Shown here piece after piece: positions 1-9,759 of a stretch of DNA of 64,000 nt. Both the position numbers and the translations under genes were made by a program. The notes beneath the pieces were generated by a model. The model did no database searches. It saw nothing but the letters and a program-made list of their open reading frames with translations, and had not been told where the DNA came from. The stretch comes from Escherichia coli (lineage in GTDB: Bacteria > Pseudomonadota > Gammaproteobacteria > Enterobacterales > Enterobacteriaceae). The stretch lies in NCBI RefSeq assembly GCF_001677475.2, contig NZ_CP015229.1. The stretch is one strand, 5' to 3'. How positions within the stretch are numbered: the first letter of the stretch is position 1; every line of letters starts with the position of its first letter.

Positions 1-227
<227 letters not shown>

Positions 228-356
228 TTACCCGATTCTACGAGTTGTCATTTGTTACCGGTCAGTCTACACATTTCAGATGCTGCGTTAAAAAACCCAA
301 GTACTTCAAGTAGCACATCGTCATCAACACCCAGCCCCAAGATACGGTGATAAAAT

Positions 357-1424
357 TCAAGCCTTAAGAGGCTTTGTGTATGTTCGTGTAATCCATCCAG
401 TAATAAACTCGTCCCCTGATTTAACCTGCACGAAAAGCCATTGGCGATCTTTTTTATCTAAAACAGCCACTATAGTATTTTTGCCAATGCATTCAATCAC
501 CTCACTATTTATAGAAGGACTGACGTGTAATCTTACGTTCTCACCAGTTATAAAACGAAAACCATTGAGATCTTCCCAACTAATTTCTTTGTTTTCTTTA
601 ATTAATTGTTGTTTTGATATTGGTTTATCCTCAAACAGAGATATAAAATATGATTCTGCCTTGTGTATTCCCAGCAAGGTTTTCTCTTTTCCGTAATCAA
701 TAAAAGCACCAAACACAACTTGAGAAAATATAACCATTAGTAACCATTGCAGTGGATAAGGAAGCTCTTTAAATGAATCAACAAACTTTGAGCTAGGTTT
801 ATTTAATCCTTTATTTTGAACATTACTTTTGGTGTGTGATGTTTCAGTAGCACCTTCAGCATAAGCCTGCGCAATAGATGAAATCCCCTGCTCTATTATT
901 TGATGTAATGAAGCATTTCTTGTTCTAGCATAGTGATCTAGTACTTTCTTTATGTCTTGGCTTACATCTGTTTTATAACTTGCACTTTGTTGTAATTCTT
1001 TAAGTATCGCTTGCATGTTATTTAAACCAGCTTGCTTATTAAGCACCTCAAGCTGTTTTCGTAATGGCATAGCTATTTCGGCCTGTTTCCTTAGCATTTG
1101 AATATATCTATTTGCGTCATGAGGGAAAAGAGCCTGAGTCTGTTTCTGTAAAATCGCGATATGTTCACGATACTTGCTGCCTATTCCAGCCAAGTTCGGC
1201 ATACTAGCCAATTGTTTTCGAAGAGAGTTACTAATTACAGCTTGTCTATTCAATCTTGTCATATTTTGAAAAGAATGTTTTTCTATTCCTAATTGTTTTT
1301 GCAAGATCGCTACGTGATCTTTGTATGATGGAATGAGCACTGACTGTTTATACAGTAACTTCAACTCATTAGAATTAGTAATTTTTGTCATATTATTCCA
1401 TTTATATAATAGAATATTACGCAA
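357..1424 (-). CDS. hypothetical membrane protein: KQ-rich repeats, one TM segment, C-terminal SH3b-like domain
   Basis: 355 aa ORF; repeated (H)IAILQKQ / LRKQ motifs; hydrophobic stretch LPYPLQWLLMVIFSQVVFGAF; C-terminal NVRLHVSPS...GWITRTY resembles bacterial SH3; AT-rich codon usage. Confidence 0.5.
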   Translation of the reverse strand: MRNILLYKWNNMTKITNSNELKLLYKQSVLIPSYKDHVAILQKQLGIEKHSFQNMTRLNRQAVISNSLRKQLASMPNLAGIGSKYREHIAILQKQTQALFPHDANRYIQMLRKQAEIAMPLRKQLEVLNKQAGLNNMQAILKELQQSASYKTDVSQDIKKVLDHYARTRNASLHQIIEQGISSIAQAYAEGATETSHTKSNVQNKGLNKPSSKFVDSFKELPYPLQWLLMVIFSQVVFGAFIDYGKEKTLLGIHKAESYFISLFEDKPISKQQLIKENKEISWEDLNGFRFITGENVRLHVSPSINSEVIECIGKNTIVAVLDKKDRQWLFVQVKSGDEFITGWITRTYTKPLKA

Positions 1425-1465
1425 CCAATGTTTTATTGATTGCGTTAATCTTTAACACAGAAAGA

Positions 1466-1942
1466 TCATTTGCCTCGTTTAATACATCCATCCATTTTGG
1501 CTTGTTGATACAACTTACTTAGCCCAGAAAGAGGGAATGTAGCAATTTTTTCATTATCAACATAAGCATCAATCATATTAGCATTTGAATCTGCTGCATC
1601 TTGCCAAAAGGCATACCACCAAGAATCTCCAACCATTGATCCAAGATTGCTAAAAGGATATTGCTCACCATCTATAGTTAATACTATTTTATTCTTGTCA
1701 GCATTATACTCTTTTTTATTATTCGACGAACTTAGCAACAAGCCTAAACTACCTGCACTATCTGGTGAACCATACATGAATCCCATATCACATAAAAAAC
1801 TTATCTTATCACCATTATGATTATGGATTGTATATTCTCTCCCCCCTCTCTCTTCAATTACATTCCATTGTAGAGGATCAATTTTTGCAAATGTTCCTGC
1901 TGAAACTAACGATACAAATAATAAAAACCATCTCATATTCAT
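1466..1942 (-). CDS. hypothetical secreted protein
   Basis: 158 aa ORF; N-terminal signal-peptide-like MNMRWFLLFVSLVSAGTFA; AT-rich. Confidence 0.5.
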   Translation of the reverse strand: MNMRWFLLFVSLVSAGTFAKIDPLQWNVIEERGGREYTIHNHNGDKISFLCDMGFMYGSPDSAGSLGLLLSSSNNKKEYNADKNKIVLTIDGEQYPFSNLGSMVGDSWWYAFWQDAADSNANMIDAYVDNEKIATFPLSGLSKLYQQAKMDGCIKRGK

Positions 1943-1964
1943 TCTTTTCGCTTCTTATCTGTAA

Positions 1965-2315
1965 TTATTCTGCAATATCATTTGCCCATTGCACGGCAGC
2001 AAAATGAGTACCCAAACCACTCAGGAAAGCAATTACCCCCAAAACAATACTTGCTGCTGTTGATTCAAACAAAGTACCAATACTATAGCCAATAGCTCCC
2101 CATACTAAGCTAAATACAATCATCAATGGTATTGCCAGAAATTTTATTCTTAAACTAAAAATCAGTCCAAGAAAAGAACCGCCAAAGGCCCACCATGATT
2201 TAGACATTAAACCTATCAGTATTGACAGAATTCCTATTTCAATAAAGAGAATATTAGATTGCTCTTCATTGAATTTCGCATTTGTTACACCTTTACGAAC
2301 ATGTTCAGATGACAT
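1965..2315 (-). CDS. hypothetical small integral membrane protein
   Basis: 116 aa ORF with several hydrophobic helices; first gene of the minus-strand low-GC cassette. Confidence 0.45.
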   Translation of the reverse strand: MSSEHVRKGVTNAKFNEEQSNILFIEIGILSILIGLMSKSWWAFGGSFLGLIFSLRIKFLAIPLMIVFSLVWGAIGYSIGTLFESTAASIVLGVIAFLSGLGTHFAAVQWANDIAE

Positions 2316-2461
2316 GATTAACTATCTCCTGCCACAGATAAAACGCCTTAAAATAACATTTTGTAGCATAAAGTTTCACCATGCAATGGTCAAAATCTTT
2401 GACCCATATCAATTAAACTCATACATTTTAGTTACCAGGGAAATAATTTACATGGTTACAA

Positions 2462-2478
2462 GTTGCTCTAATTATTTT
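2462..2478. promoter_or_regulatory. C1 repressor operator-like site (14/17 to ATTGCTCTAATAAATTT)
   Basis: gttgctctaattatttt in the divergent intergenic region between the cassette and the c4/icd/ant module. Confidence 0.4.
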
Positions 2479-2549
2479 ATTTTTTTAGCTTCATATGCTA
2501 CATTAACTTGCTTGCGTGCTAATGCATTTTCGGTTTATCCTAAACAGGC

Positions 2550-2627
2550 ATCTTAGTAAAATGGATGCCGGGATTGGAACCCCGGATAATGCAAAAGGCG
2601 ACACAGACGCCAAAAGCGTCTTTTTTT
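2550..2627 (+). ncRNA. c4: c4-type antisense RNA candidate (immI); ends approximate
   Basis: hairpin ccggg-attggaac-cccgg (2568-2585) then gacgc-caaaa-gcgtc + T7 terminator (2606-2627); loop complementary to gttccaa at 2730-2736 in the icd leader; block conserved with second copy at 50709-50811. Confidence 0.4.
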
Positions 2628-2812
2628 GTGTCATGCCATCGCACAGCCATACGTAGCACATAGCTCCGAGATCAATGGTAGTGCTGGCTGGGCTGCCGAA
2701 AGGCAGGCCGGTTCCCTTTTGCGCCGGTAGTTCCAACCCAGTCAGTGCTACCGCCATTGAGATTGGAACCTCACGCGGTAGCTCCTTAAATTAGCAAAAG
2801 GAGGCTGCCATT

Positions 2813-3034
2813 GTGGCTACTATCCCTACCCCTACTCATCCTGAATTTATCTGGCGCTTTTACTCCTGCCAAAAACACCACTATCACTTCGTTATCGCAG
2901 CAACAGAAGACGAAGCACGCTCTCAATTGCCTGATGGCCCCTGCATTTTTACTGCCCGTTTTTCAACTAACTCGCGCAATTCACTTAGTTACTGGAACCT
3001 CCCCTTCTCTGCCGACGTTCAGGGGGGTTTATGA
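2813..3034 (+). CDS. icd: Icd-like small protein (cell-division inhibitor of immI)
   Basis: 73 codons, GTG start with aaaggagg RBS; stop overlaps ant start (ATGA); position and size as P1 icd (from memory). Confidence 0.7.
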   Translation: MATIPTPTHPEFIWRFYSCQKHHYHFVIAATEDEARSQLPDGPCIFTARFSTNSRNSLSYWNLPFSADVQGGL

Positions 3035-4074
3035 AAAAACCTCTCGTCACCCGGAATGAAATAGCCGAAGCGATCGCCCTGCATACTGCCTGTATGCCGA
3101 CACGGGAGATCCCCGGCGCAATTGCCAACTATTTCATGATAACCAAGCGTTTTTATACCCGGATAGATAAGGCTGTGATCAACAGGCTACTGATAGCCGA
3201 GATCAGGGATTATTTGATTGAACAAGGACGTCTACGTTACGCAACAGTGGCAGCAGAAATGAGAAAGGAGGCACATAGAATGACCGGTAATAATTTGAAT
3301 GTTGAAAAACCAGCACCTGTTGCTTCAGCTACGCCAGCACCAGCCGTGAATGTCATCCCCAACACCGGAGACACAATCGACAGCCAAACATTGTTGAAGA
3401 TGGTCAATGAGGCACGCAAGTTATGTGGAGAACCATTGGTTAGAAACAATAAATTCATCGAAAAAATACTCGACGAATTAGAAGGTGAGGACGGTTACAC
3501 AAAAAGTGCAACCGTGCCGCCAGGTGGCGGTACGCCTATGGTTGTCATAACCATGACCTACAAACAAGCCCTGCGAGTTGCCGCGCGCGAGTCAAAAGCG
3601 GTCCGCCGTTCGCTGATCGACAAACTGGAAGAATTGCAGCAGGCAAACTCCCCTGCCCCATCGATCCCCCAAACATTACCAGAAGCTCTACGCCTGGCTG
3701 CCGAGTTGGCAGAACAGAAAATGCAGTTGGAACAACAGCTGGTGGCCGCAGCCCCTAAAGTCGATTTTGCCGACCGGGTATCAGTGGCCAATGGAATCCT
3801 GATCGGGAACTTTGCAAAGGTCGTTGGACTTAAGCAAAACGCCCTTTTCTCATGGTTGCGCCAGAGCGGCATTCTCATGGCTTTTGGTGAGCGCAAAAAC
3901 GTACCGCGCCAGCAATACATTAATGCCGGGTATTTCACGGTGAAAGAAGTGGTGCTGGATGATGAAAATGGCTACCAGATACGGCTGACGCCCCAATTAA
4001 CGGGTAAAGGCCAGCAGTGGTTAACTCGCAAGCTACTTGATGCTGGTTTGTTAAAACCAGTAGCAATAGGTTAA
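3031..4074 (+). CDS. ant1: antirepressor Ant1 (KilAC/ANT C-terminal domain)
   Basis: 347 aa; translationally coupled to icd; C-terminal PQTLPEALRLAAELAEQK...GKGQQWL block shared with kilA and the second ant-like gene. Confidence 0.8.
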   Translation: MKKPLVTRNEIAEAIALHTACMPTREIPGAIANYFMITKRFYTRIDKAVINRLLIAEIRDYLIEQGRLRYATVAAEMRKEAHRMTGNNLNVEKPAPVASATPAPAVNVIPNTGDTIDSQTLLKMVNEARKLCGEPLVRNNKFIEKILDELEGEDGYTKSATVPPGGGTPMVVITMTYKQALRVAARESKAVRRSLIDKLEELQQANSPAPSIPQTLPEALRLAAELAEQKMQLEQQLVAAAPKVDFADRVSVANGILIGNFAKVVGLKQNALFSWLRQSGILMAFGERKNVPRQQYINAGYFTVKEVVLDDENGYQIRLTPQLTGKGQQWLTRKLLDAGLLKPVAIG

Positions 4075-4084
4075 TAAAAGAAAA

Positions 4085-4112
4085 AAACCTGCCAGCAAAC
4101 TGGCAGGTTTCT
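4085..4112 (+). terminator. intrinsic terminator after ant
   Basis: acctgccag-caaa-ctggcaggt hairpin followed by tttct. Confidence 0.55.
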
Positions 4113-4151
4113 GAGCAGATCGTCCAACCCGATCTGGATCGAGTTAGAAAA

Positions 4152-4169
4152 ATTTGCTCTAATAAATTT
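4152..4169. promoter_or_regulatory. C1 operator upstream of kilA-repL
   Basis: atttgctctaataaattt, near-perfect match to the P1 C1 operator consensus. Confidence 0.7.
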
Positions 4170-4238
4170 CGTTTTATAAGTGCAAATAATCACCATTTCG
4201 AGCTGGTGATTGAAGGTTGATGCAAATTTGGAGAAAAA

Positions 4239-5039
4239 ATGCAACAAACATTCAATGCGGATATGAATATATCAAACCTTCATCAAAATGTCGATCCTTC
4301 AACCACTCTGCCCGTTATTTGTGGTGTTGAAATTACGACCGACCGCGCTGGCCGTTACAACCTTAATGCTCTACACAGAGCGAGCGGACTCGGTGCCCAT
4401 AAAGCGCCAGCTCAATGGCTAAGAACGCTGTCAGCCAAACAGCTCATCGAAGAGCTTGAAAAAGAAACTATGCAGAATTGCATAGTTTCGTTCGAAGGCC
4501 GTGGCGGCGGCACGTTTGCCCATGAATTGCTCGCTGTGGAGTACGCAGGCTGGATTTCTCCCGCGTTTCGGCTGAAGGTAAACCAGACATTTATCGACTA
4601 TCGAGCCGGAAGATTACAACCTGCTATTCCGCAGAGTCTCCCTGAAGCTCTCCGTTTGGCTGCCGACCTGGCAGAGCAAAAGCAACGGCTGGAGCAAAAA
4701 ATGCTTATGGATGCACCTAAAGTCGAATTCGCCGAACGCGTTGCTACCGCCAGCGGGGTTCTAATCGGCAACTATGCCAAAGTGCTCGGCCTGGGCCAAA
4801 ACTATCTCTTCACCTGGTTGCGTGATAACGGAATTCTGATCGCAACCGGTGAACGCAGGAACGTCCCCAAACAAGAATACATATCCCATGGGTATTTCAC
4901 CCTTAAAGAAACCGTGATCGATACAAGCAATGGAAGCAGGATTTCTTTCACGACTCGTATAACCGGCAAAGGTCAGCAGTGGCTGATGAAGCGATTGCTT
5001 GATGCTGGTGTGCTGGTACCTGTCGCGGCAACGCGCTAA
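4239..5039 (+). CDS. kilA: KilA (KilA-N domain plus KilAC domain)
   Basis: 266 aa; C-terminal PQSLPEALRLAADLAEQK...GKGQQWL block; followed by repL as in P1. Confidence 0.8.
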   Translation: MQQTFNADMNISNLHQNVDPSTTLPVICGVEITTDRAGRYNLNALHRASGLGAHKAPAQWLRTLSAKQLIEELEKETMQNCIVSFEGRGGGTFAHELLAVEYAGWISPAFRLKVNQTFIDYRAGRLQPAIPQSLPEALRLAADLAEQKQRLEQKMLMDAPKVEFAERVATASGVLIGNYAKVLGLGQNYLFTWLRDNGILIATGERRNVPKQEYISHGYFTLKETVIDTSNGSRISFTTRITGKGQQWLMKRLLDAGVLVPVAATR

Positions 5040-5068
5040 CAGACGTAGTAAGAACCACCAGCATTGTA

Positions 5069-5914
5069 ATGCTGGCTAAAGTCACTTTCCTGAGCTGTAT
5101 AACGATGAGCGATTTTACTTTTTCTGGCTATGAATTGGCCTGCTTTGTAACACACTCCGGTCTATCCCGTAGCGCCGGGCATATCCTGTCGCAATGTGCA
5201 AATCTCGCGGCAACAACCAGTGAATACTTCATTCACAAGCCTCACCGCCTGATCGCGGCAGAAACTGGTTATAGCCAATCAACCGTCGTTCGTGCATTCC
5301 GTGAAGCTGTAAACAAAGGAATCCTGTCGGTAGAGATTGTTATCGGCGATCACCGTGAACGCCGCGCTAACCTGTACCGGTTTACACCATCCTTTTTAGC
5401 CTTTGCTCAACAAGCCAAAAATGCGCTAATTGAAAGCAAATTAAAGATCTCTTCAGCCGCAACCAAGGTTAAAGCTGTTCTCGCTAACACATTGGCTTTA
5501 TTTGATTTTTTATCCACACCCCCATGTCAAAATGATACCCCCTCCCCCTGTCAGGATGACGTGGCAATAAAGAATAAGAAGTCACAAATTAAAAAAACAA
5601 AAAGATCAGTTTCCGGCGGTACCGGAACGACCAGCCTCAAAAAACTGACTTCATGGATCGCTGAGGCAAAAGCAAAGGCTGACAATCTGCGGTTATCCAA
5701 AAAACGCGCTCAAAAACATGAGTTCAAGCAGAAAGTAGAGGCGGCAGCGCGGAAATATGCTTACCTGAAGAACAAGCGTTCTCCTGATATTGGCGGGATA
5801 TCAAACTTCGATAATCTGCCGCATTGCATGACGGTAAACGAAGCTCTTAATGAGGTTTTAGCCAAAAATAAAGATAACGAACAATGGGGTATACCGGCAG
5901 GATTCAGAGGTTAA
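5069..5914 (+). CDS. repL: lytic replication initiator RepL
   Basis: 281 aa, position after kilA; size matches P1 RepL (from memory). Confidence 0.7.
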   Translation: MLAKVTFLSCITMSDFTFSGYELACFVTHSGLSRSAGHILSQCANLAATTSEYFIHKPHRLIAAETGYSQSTVVRAFREAVNKGILSVEIVIGDHRERRANLYRFTPSFLAFAQQAKNALIESKLKISSAATKVKAVLANTLALFDFLSTPPCQNDTPSPCQDDVAIKNKKSQIKKTKRSVSGGTGTTSLKKLTSWIAEAKAKADNLRLSKKRAQKHEFKQKVEAAARKYAYLKNKRSPDIGGISNFDNLPHCMTVNEALNEVLAKNKDNEQWGIPAGFRG

Positions 5915-5917
5915 TGA

Positions 5918-5934
5918 ATTGCTCTAATTAGAAC
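5918..5934. promoter_or_regulatory. C1 operator-like site after repL
   Basis: attgctctaattagaac. Confidence 0.5.
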
Positions 5935-6082
5935 TATACATACTTTCAACACTTCTAGTTTGCCATGAGGCAAACTCATAGGCGTCTTGGTAAGAGGACA
6001 CAGTTGCCAAAACTGGACGTCCCATTATTGCAATTAATAAACAACTAACGGACAATTCTACCTAACAATAAGTGGAGTTAAC

Positions 6083-6787
6083 ATGTTGAACCGAAGAACA
6101 TTTAATGTATTCTGCGATGAATCCTGTCACCTACTAAATGATCATAATAAAGTCATGGTATTGGGTGCGCTTTGGTGTCCAGGCACTATCACAAAAAAAA
6201 TTGCTAGAGACATCAAGGAATTAAAATTAAAACACAATCTAAAACCTGATTTCGAAATCAAGTGGACTAAAGTATCTGCGTCCAAAGTTGAATTTTACTT
6301 AGATGTCGTAGATTACTTCTTCAGCAACCCAGCATTGCGCTTTAGAGGTGTTGTTGTTCCTGATAAAGAGCAACTGGACCATGCTCGATTCCATCAAGAT
6401 CATAATACTTTCTATTATAAGATGTTTTTTTATGTCTTAAAAAACATAATAGAAAGTAACAACACATACAATATCTACCTAGATATAAAAGATACTTTAG
6501 GTATTGAAAAAATTGAGAAATTAAGAGGGGTTCTTCACAATGATCGCTATGATTACAATCATGAGTCGATAAACAGAATTCAACATATACGATCTCATGA
6601 AGTGCAACAATTGCAGCTAACGGATCTTTTCATTGGTGCGTTAGGCTACGTTCATCGAGGAATGAATAGCAACGCGGGAAAAATCCAAGTCATAAACAGG
6701 ATAAAATCACATACAAACAGGGAGTTACTAAAAAGCACTCTTCCAACAGAAAGTAAATTTAATATTTTCGTGTGGGAGGCTCGCTGA
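6083..6787 (+). CDS. hypothetical protein, DUF3800-like (N-terminal CDES motif, C-terminal QLQLTDLF motif)
   Basis: 234 aa ORF, aagtggag RBS; strongly AT-rich compared with flanking phage genes. Confidence 0.55.
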   Translation: MLNRRTFNVFCDESCHLLNDHNKVMVLGALWCPGTITKKIARDIKELKLKHNLKPDFEIKWTKVSASKVEFYLDVVDYFFSNPALRFRGVVVPDKEQLDHARFHQDHNTFYYKMFFYVLKNIIESNNTYNIYLDIKDTLGIEKIEKLRGVLHNDRYDYNHESINRIQHIRSHEVQQLQLTDLFIGALGYVHRGMNSNAGKIQVINRIKSHTNRELLKSTLPTESKFNIFVWEAR

Positions 6788-7251
6788 TGCTTCAAATGCC
6801 AGATTTATTGTACTTCAATGGAAGTTGGCAAGAGTATATAGACGATGTATATGATGTTGTCAGAGAAGATATTTTAATCTCTAATATAACGTTTAAGGGT
6901 CTCCCTGTTCGATTACGTTATTCACCGGAATATGATGGGAAAGAGTTCGGATTTTGGCATTTAGTATCAGAGGGAAAAATAGAAGAAGAACGTATACCCG
7001 ATCTTGAACGGTGCAAACGAATTCGCTGGATCGCGCATATGATAAGGAATTATAACCATTGCGATATATCATGTTGGTCTGAAAGACGAGGACCAACTGA
7101 AGAGTGGGTAATCTGGAATGAGTATGAAAACTACGTTGTTGTGCTATCCGCACGTAGAGACTATTGGCTTCTCAAAACAGCCTATGTTGTAACCTATGAC
7201 AGTAAAATCAGAACACTCAAACAAAGCAGAAAAAGAGCACTTGGGACATAA
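6787..7251 (+). CDS. hypothetical protein, partner of the DUF3800-like gene
   Basis: ATG at 6787 overlaps upstream stop (TGATG), ggagg RBS 7 nt upstream; 154 aa; AT-rich; Cys/His cluster CKRIRWIAHMIRNYNHCDISC. Confidence 0.5.
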   Translation: MLQMPDLLYFNGSWQEYIDDVYDVVREDILISNITFKGLPVRLRYSPEYDGKEFGFWHLVSEGKIEEERIPDLERCKRIRWIAHMIRNYNHCDISCWSERRGPTEEWVIWNEYENYVVVLSARRDYWLLKTAYVVTYDSKIRTLKQSRKRALGT

Positions 7252-7416
7252 AAAGCTGAACCCGACACATATTACTATGTATCGGGTTCGATCGCTCTTT
7301 CTACACATGGTAGATGAGTAAGGCAAATCTAACCGATCTACTTTAGCTTTTCAATAGCTAGCTATAACTTTCCGCACATATTCTTCTGATAATTACGGGA
7401 GAGCGGTTGGGTTTTC

Positions 7417-7713
7417 TCATGCTTTTCTGCGCAGAGAAGCACACTTATTCAGCAATAATAAATGCAATTCTTTGTTATCACTAAGTATTTCTACACACCA
7501 ATATCGTAACGTGTTCACTTCAAGTGTAGCCAGCACCTTATGTCGAAAAGCCCCCTCCCCTACACATAACGATGCCTGACATTCTGCTAAGGCACATAAC
7601 CATGTATTGGCATCATAGAGAATCCAATAATGCTCATCTGAAATAGTTATGCATCCAATTATTTCGAATCTTCTTTCTATCGTCTCAGGAGAGTATGAAA
7701 AATCAATTTCCAT
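7417..7713 (-). CDS. hypothetical protein
   Basis: 98 aa ORF between hairpin 7261-7290 and terminator 7752-7782; weak. Confidence 0.3.
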   Translation of the reverse strand: MEIDFSYSPETIERRFEIIGCITISDEHYWILYDANTWLCALAECQASLCVGEGAFRHKVLATLEVNTLRYWCVEILSDNKELHLLLLNKCASLRRKA

Positions 7714-7751
7714 AACATGCTCAAAATCTATCTATACCGGCATAATTTAAG

Positions 7752-7782
7752 CACAAAAAAGCTCCCGTAGGAGCTTTAAAAT
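7752..7782 (-). terminator. intrinsic terminator ending the structural operon
   Basis: aaagctcc-cgta-ggagcttt hairpin with flanking A/T runs. Confidence 0.5.
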
Positions 7783-7796
7783 ACAAGGGATGACTT

Positions 7797-8306
7797 TTAA
7801 TCCCACTCAATCCAGTTGTAGACGATACGAAGTGACGGGCGCACAGCAGCATTCACATCTTCGGTACTAAAGTCGATTGCATCACTGTAGATTTTGCAGT
7901 CCAACATTTCAATTGTTGTAGCAGCTTTTGTCACGGCGTTAACCCCGGAAGATTTGGATTCAGGGGTCGCAGCCATCGTGATATCAACATAGTCCTTCGC
8001 CGCAATGCGATCTTTAATGAACTGAAGAATATCGCCTTCGATAGTCTCCACGCACTGGACCTGGATTTCCCCGGAGTTACGGATTGGACCGTGCTGGTTG
8101 AACTTCACACCATTCGGGCCATAGTCCTCCACATCCTCGCGGGTCATTTCAGGGATTTGCGACGTGCGAACCAGTACGCTGATATCTTCATGGCCTGCAA
8201 AAGTGAGCTGGAATTCAGAAGATACCAGTCGTTCGCCTTTGGCCGCGTTGGCAGTATAGCGGCCCTTAATAAATTTACGGTTTCCCTTAGTGTTATTGTG
8301 CCCCAT
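7797..8306 (-). CDS. virion structural protein (possibly tail tube-like)
   Basis: 169 aa, last gene of the contiguous minus-strand structural operon. Confidence 0.5.
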   Translation of the reverse strand: MGHNNTKGNRKFIKGRYTANAAKGERLVSSEFQLTFAGHEDISVLVRTSQIPEMTREDVEDYGPNGVKFNQHGPIRNSGEIQVQCVETIEGDILQFIKDRIAAKDYVDITMAATPESKSSGVNAVTKAATTIEMLDCKIYSDAIDFSTEDVNAAVRPSLRIVYNWIEWD

Positions 8307-8317
8307 ATAAAATCCTT

Positions 8318-8899
8318 TTACTGGAACGCCCGAACAATATCGGAGCTGTTATATATCGAAGAACCGGTCAACTGGAGGTTGACGGTGTTTTTCAGGAAAT
8401 ATCCATTACTGTCCCTTGGCGCATCGAGATCAAAACTTAAGTCCTGGATGGCGACATCGGTGATGTTGATCCGGCGACCAATGTTTAGCGTCACGCGCTC
8501 CGGGATTCGACCACCAACATTGGCCGCTTTTAGTTCCGGGCTAATCATGGCTGTCAACGCGGCGATAGCGCCTGAAACTTCAATGAATGGATTGTTCAAA
8601 GCAATGAAAGTTACAGGCAGCGTGAACGTCGGCGGAGTCCCCCCTTCCCAAACCATTAAGCTATTCCAACGGGCAACCGACGTTGTTTCAGTACCTACTT
8701 GCACAAAACCACCCAGAGCACCAGAAACAGATCCCATGGACATACCGGTAAACGGCGCTTCCCAATTCTGGGCCATGTTCATTGCCGCTCCCTGGCTGAT
8801 ATATCCGGTAACCTGGTACTGAGAGTTCGTTAAAGTAACTTTCAGATATGGCGATACACCGTCAGCCTGGCTGTAAACCCCATAAGCTATAGGAGCCAT
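8318..8899 (-). CDS. virion structural protein
   Basis: 193 aa ORF in the operon. Confidence 0.5.
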   Translation of the reverse strand: MAPIAYGVYSQADGVSPYLKVTLTNSQYQVTGYISQGAAMNMAQNWEAPFTGMSMGSVSGALGGFVQVGTETTSVARWNSLMVWEGGTPPTFTLPVTFIALNNPFIEVSGAIAALTAMISPELKAANVGGRIPERVTLNIGRRINITDVAIQDLSFDLDAPRDSNGYFLKNTVNLQLTGSSIYNSSDIVRAFQ

Positions 8900-8934
8900 T
8901 CAAGTTAAAGGCCGGAGTTCTCCGGCCTCCTCCT

Positions 8935-9750
8935 TTAGCCAAGGCGCTTACGGCGCAGTTTCATTGACTTTTTGCGGGCAAGTTTTGCCGCGCCGGTCTG
9001 GGCTTTTCGACGAGCTTTTTTCAGCGCCGATTTTTGAGCCGCAGTCAGACGTTTTTTACGCAGGCGTTTACGGATGAGTTTGATCTCACCGTTACGAACA
9101 ACCTTCTTAAATGCTTCAGTCAGCATTTCATCAGAAGTGCCAGCAACAACAAACGCCGCTTCCAGTTCGTCGCGGTCGTCGCTATCTAAACCAGCGATAG
9201 AGGCACCAACATCAGCAGCTGCGTCGTCGTCCTCATCGTCAGCCAGTGCTTCGATCAGGTCATCATCTACACCGCATGCTGCGAGGAAGTCAGCAACATT
9301 TGCCCATGCTTCGTTATAGGCATCGTCCTGTTCTTCTGTAACTTCGGAGTCGTCGTCGTCAGAGATACCAGCGATAGCTTGAACGAAACCATCAAGGGAG
9401 TCGAAAGTCAGATCACCGCTATCAGCCCAGGCGAAAACGGCGTCGGCCGCATCACTCAACGCATTCTGCATAGCACTTCGATTTGCAGCTTCCAGAATCA
9501 TCTGGTGCGCCTGTTCGACGGTCCATTCTTTACCGTCTTTCCCTTCCAGAATTTGCTCAGGAGCCGGGTCAGATGGAACGTTATCGTTAGTCTGTGCCGC
9601 CGGTTCCGGATTATTATTAATAACAGGATCTGTTAGCGGTTCGGCGCTTGCTCGGGCAGACTCCATCAGCTGCACAGGATCAGAGTTCAAAGCGAAACGG
9701 GACAGTCCATTCCCCAAAAATGCCCCGGATTGAAAAAAGTTTTTGCTCAT
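8935..9750 (-). CDS. virion-associated protein with acidic core and basic C-terminal tail
   Basis: 271 aa; D/E-rich middle, K/R-rich C-terminus. Confidence 0.5.
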   Translation of the reverse strand: MSKNFFQSGAFLGNGLSRFALNSDPVQLMESARASAEPLTDPVINNNPEPAAQTNDNVPSDPAPEQILEGKDGKEWTVEQAHQMILEAANRSAMQNALSDAADAVFAWADSGDLTFDSLDGFVQAIAGISDDDDSEVTEEQDDAYNEAWANVADFLAACGVDDDLIEALADDEDDDAAADVGASIAGLDSDDRDELEAAFVVAGTSDEMLTEAFKKVVRNGEIKLIRKRLRKKRLTAAQKSALKKARRKAQTGAAKLARKKSMKLRRKRLG

Positions 9751-9759
9751 TGTATTCCC

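Noticed and set aside
376-696. 106-aa plus-strand ORF
   Set aside because: Lies entirely antisense within the 355-aa minus-strand gene; low-complexity AT-rich translation; no RBS.
2269-2757. ORFs 2269-2556 (+) and 2503-2757 (-)
   Set aside because: Overlap the divergent promoter/operator region and the conserved c4-like RNA hairpins; better explained as non-coding regulatory sequence.
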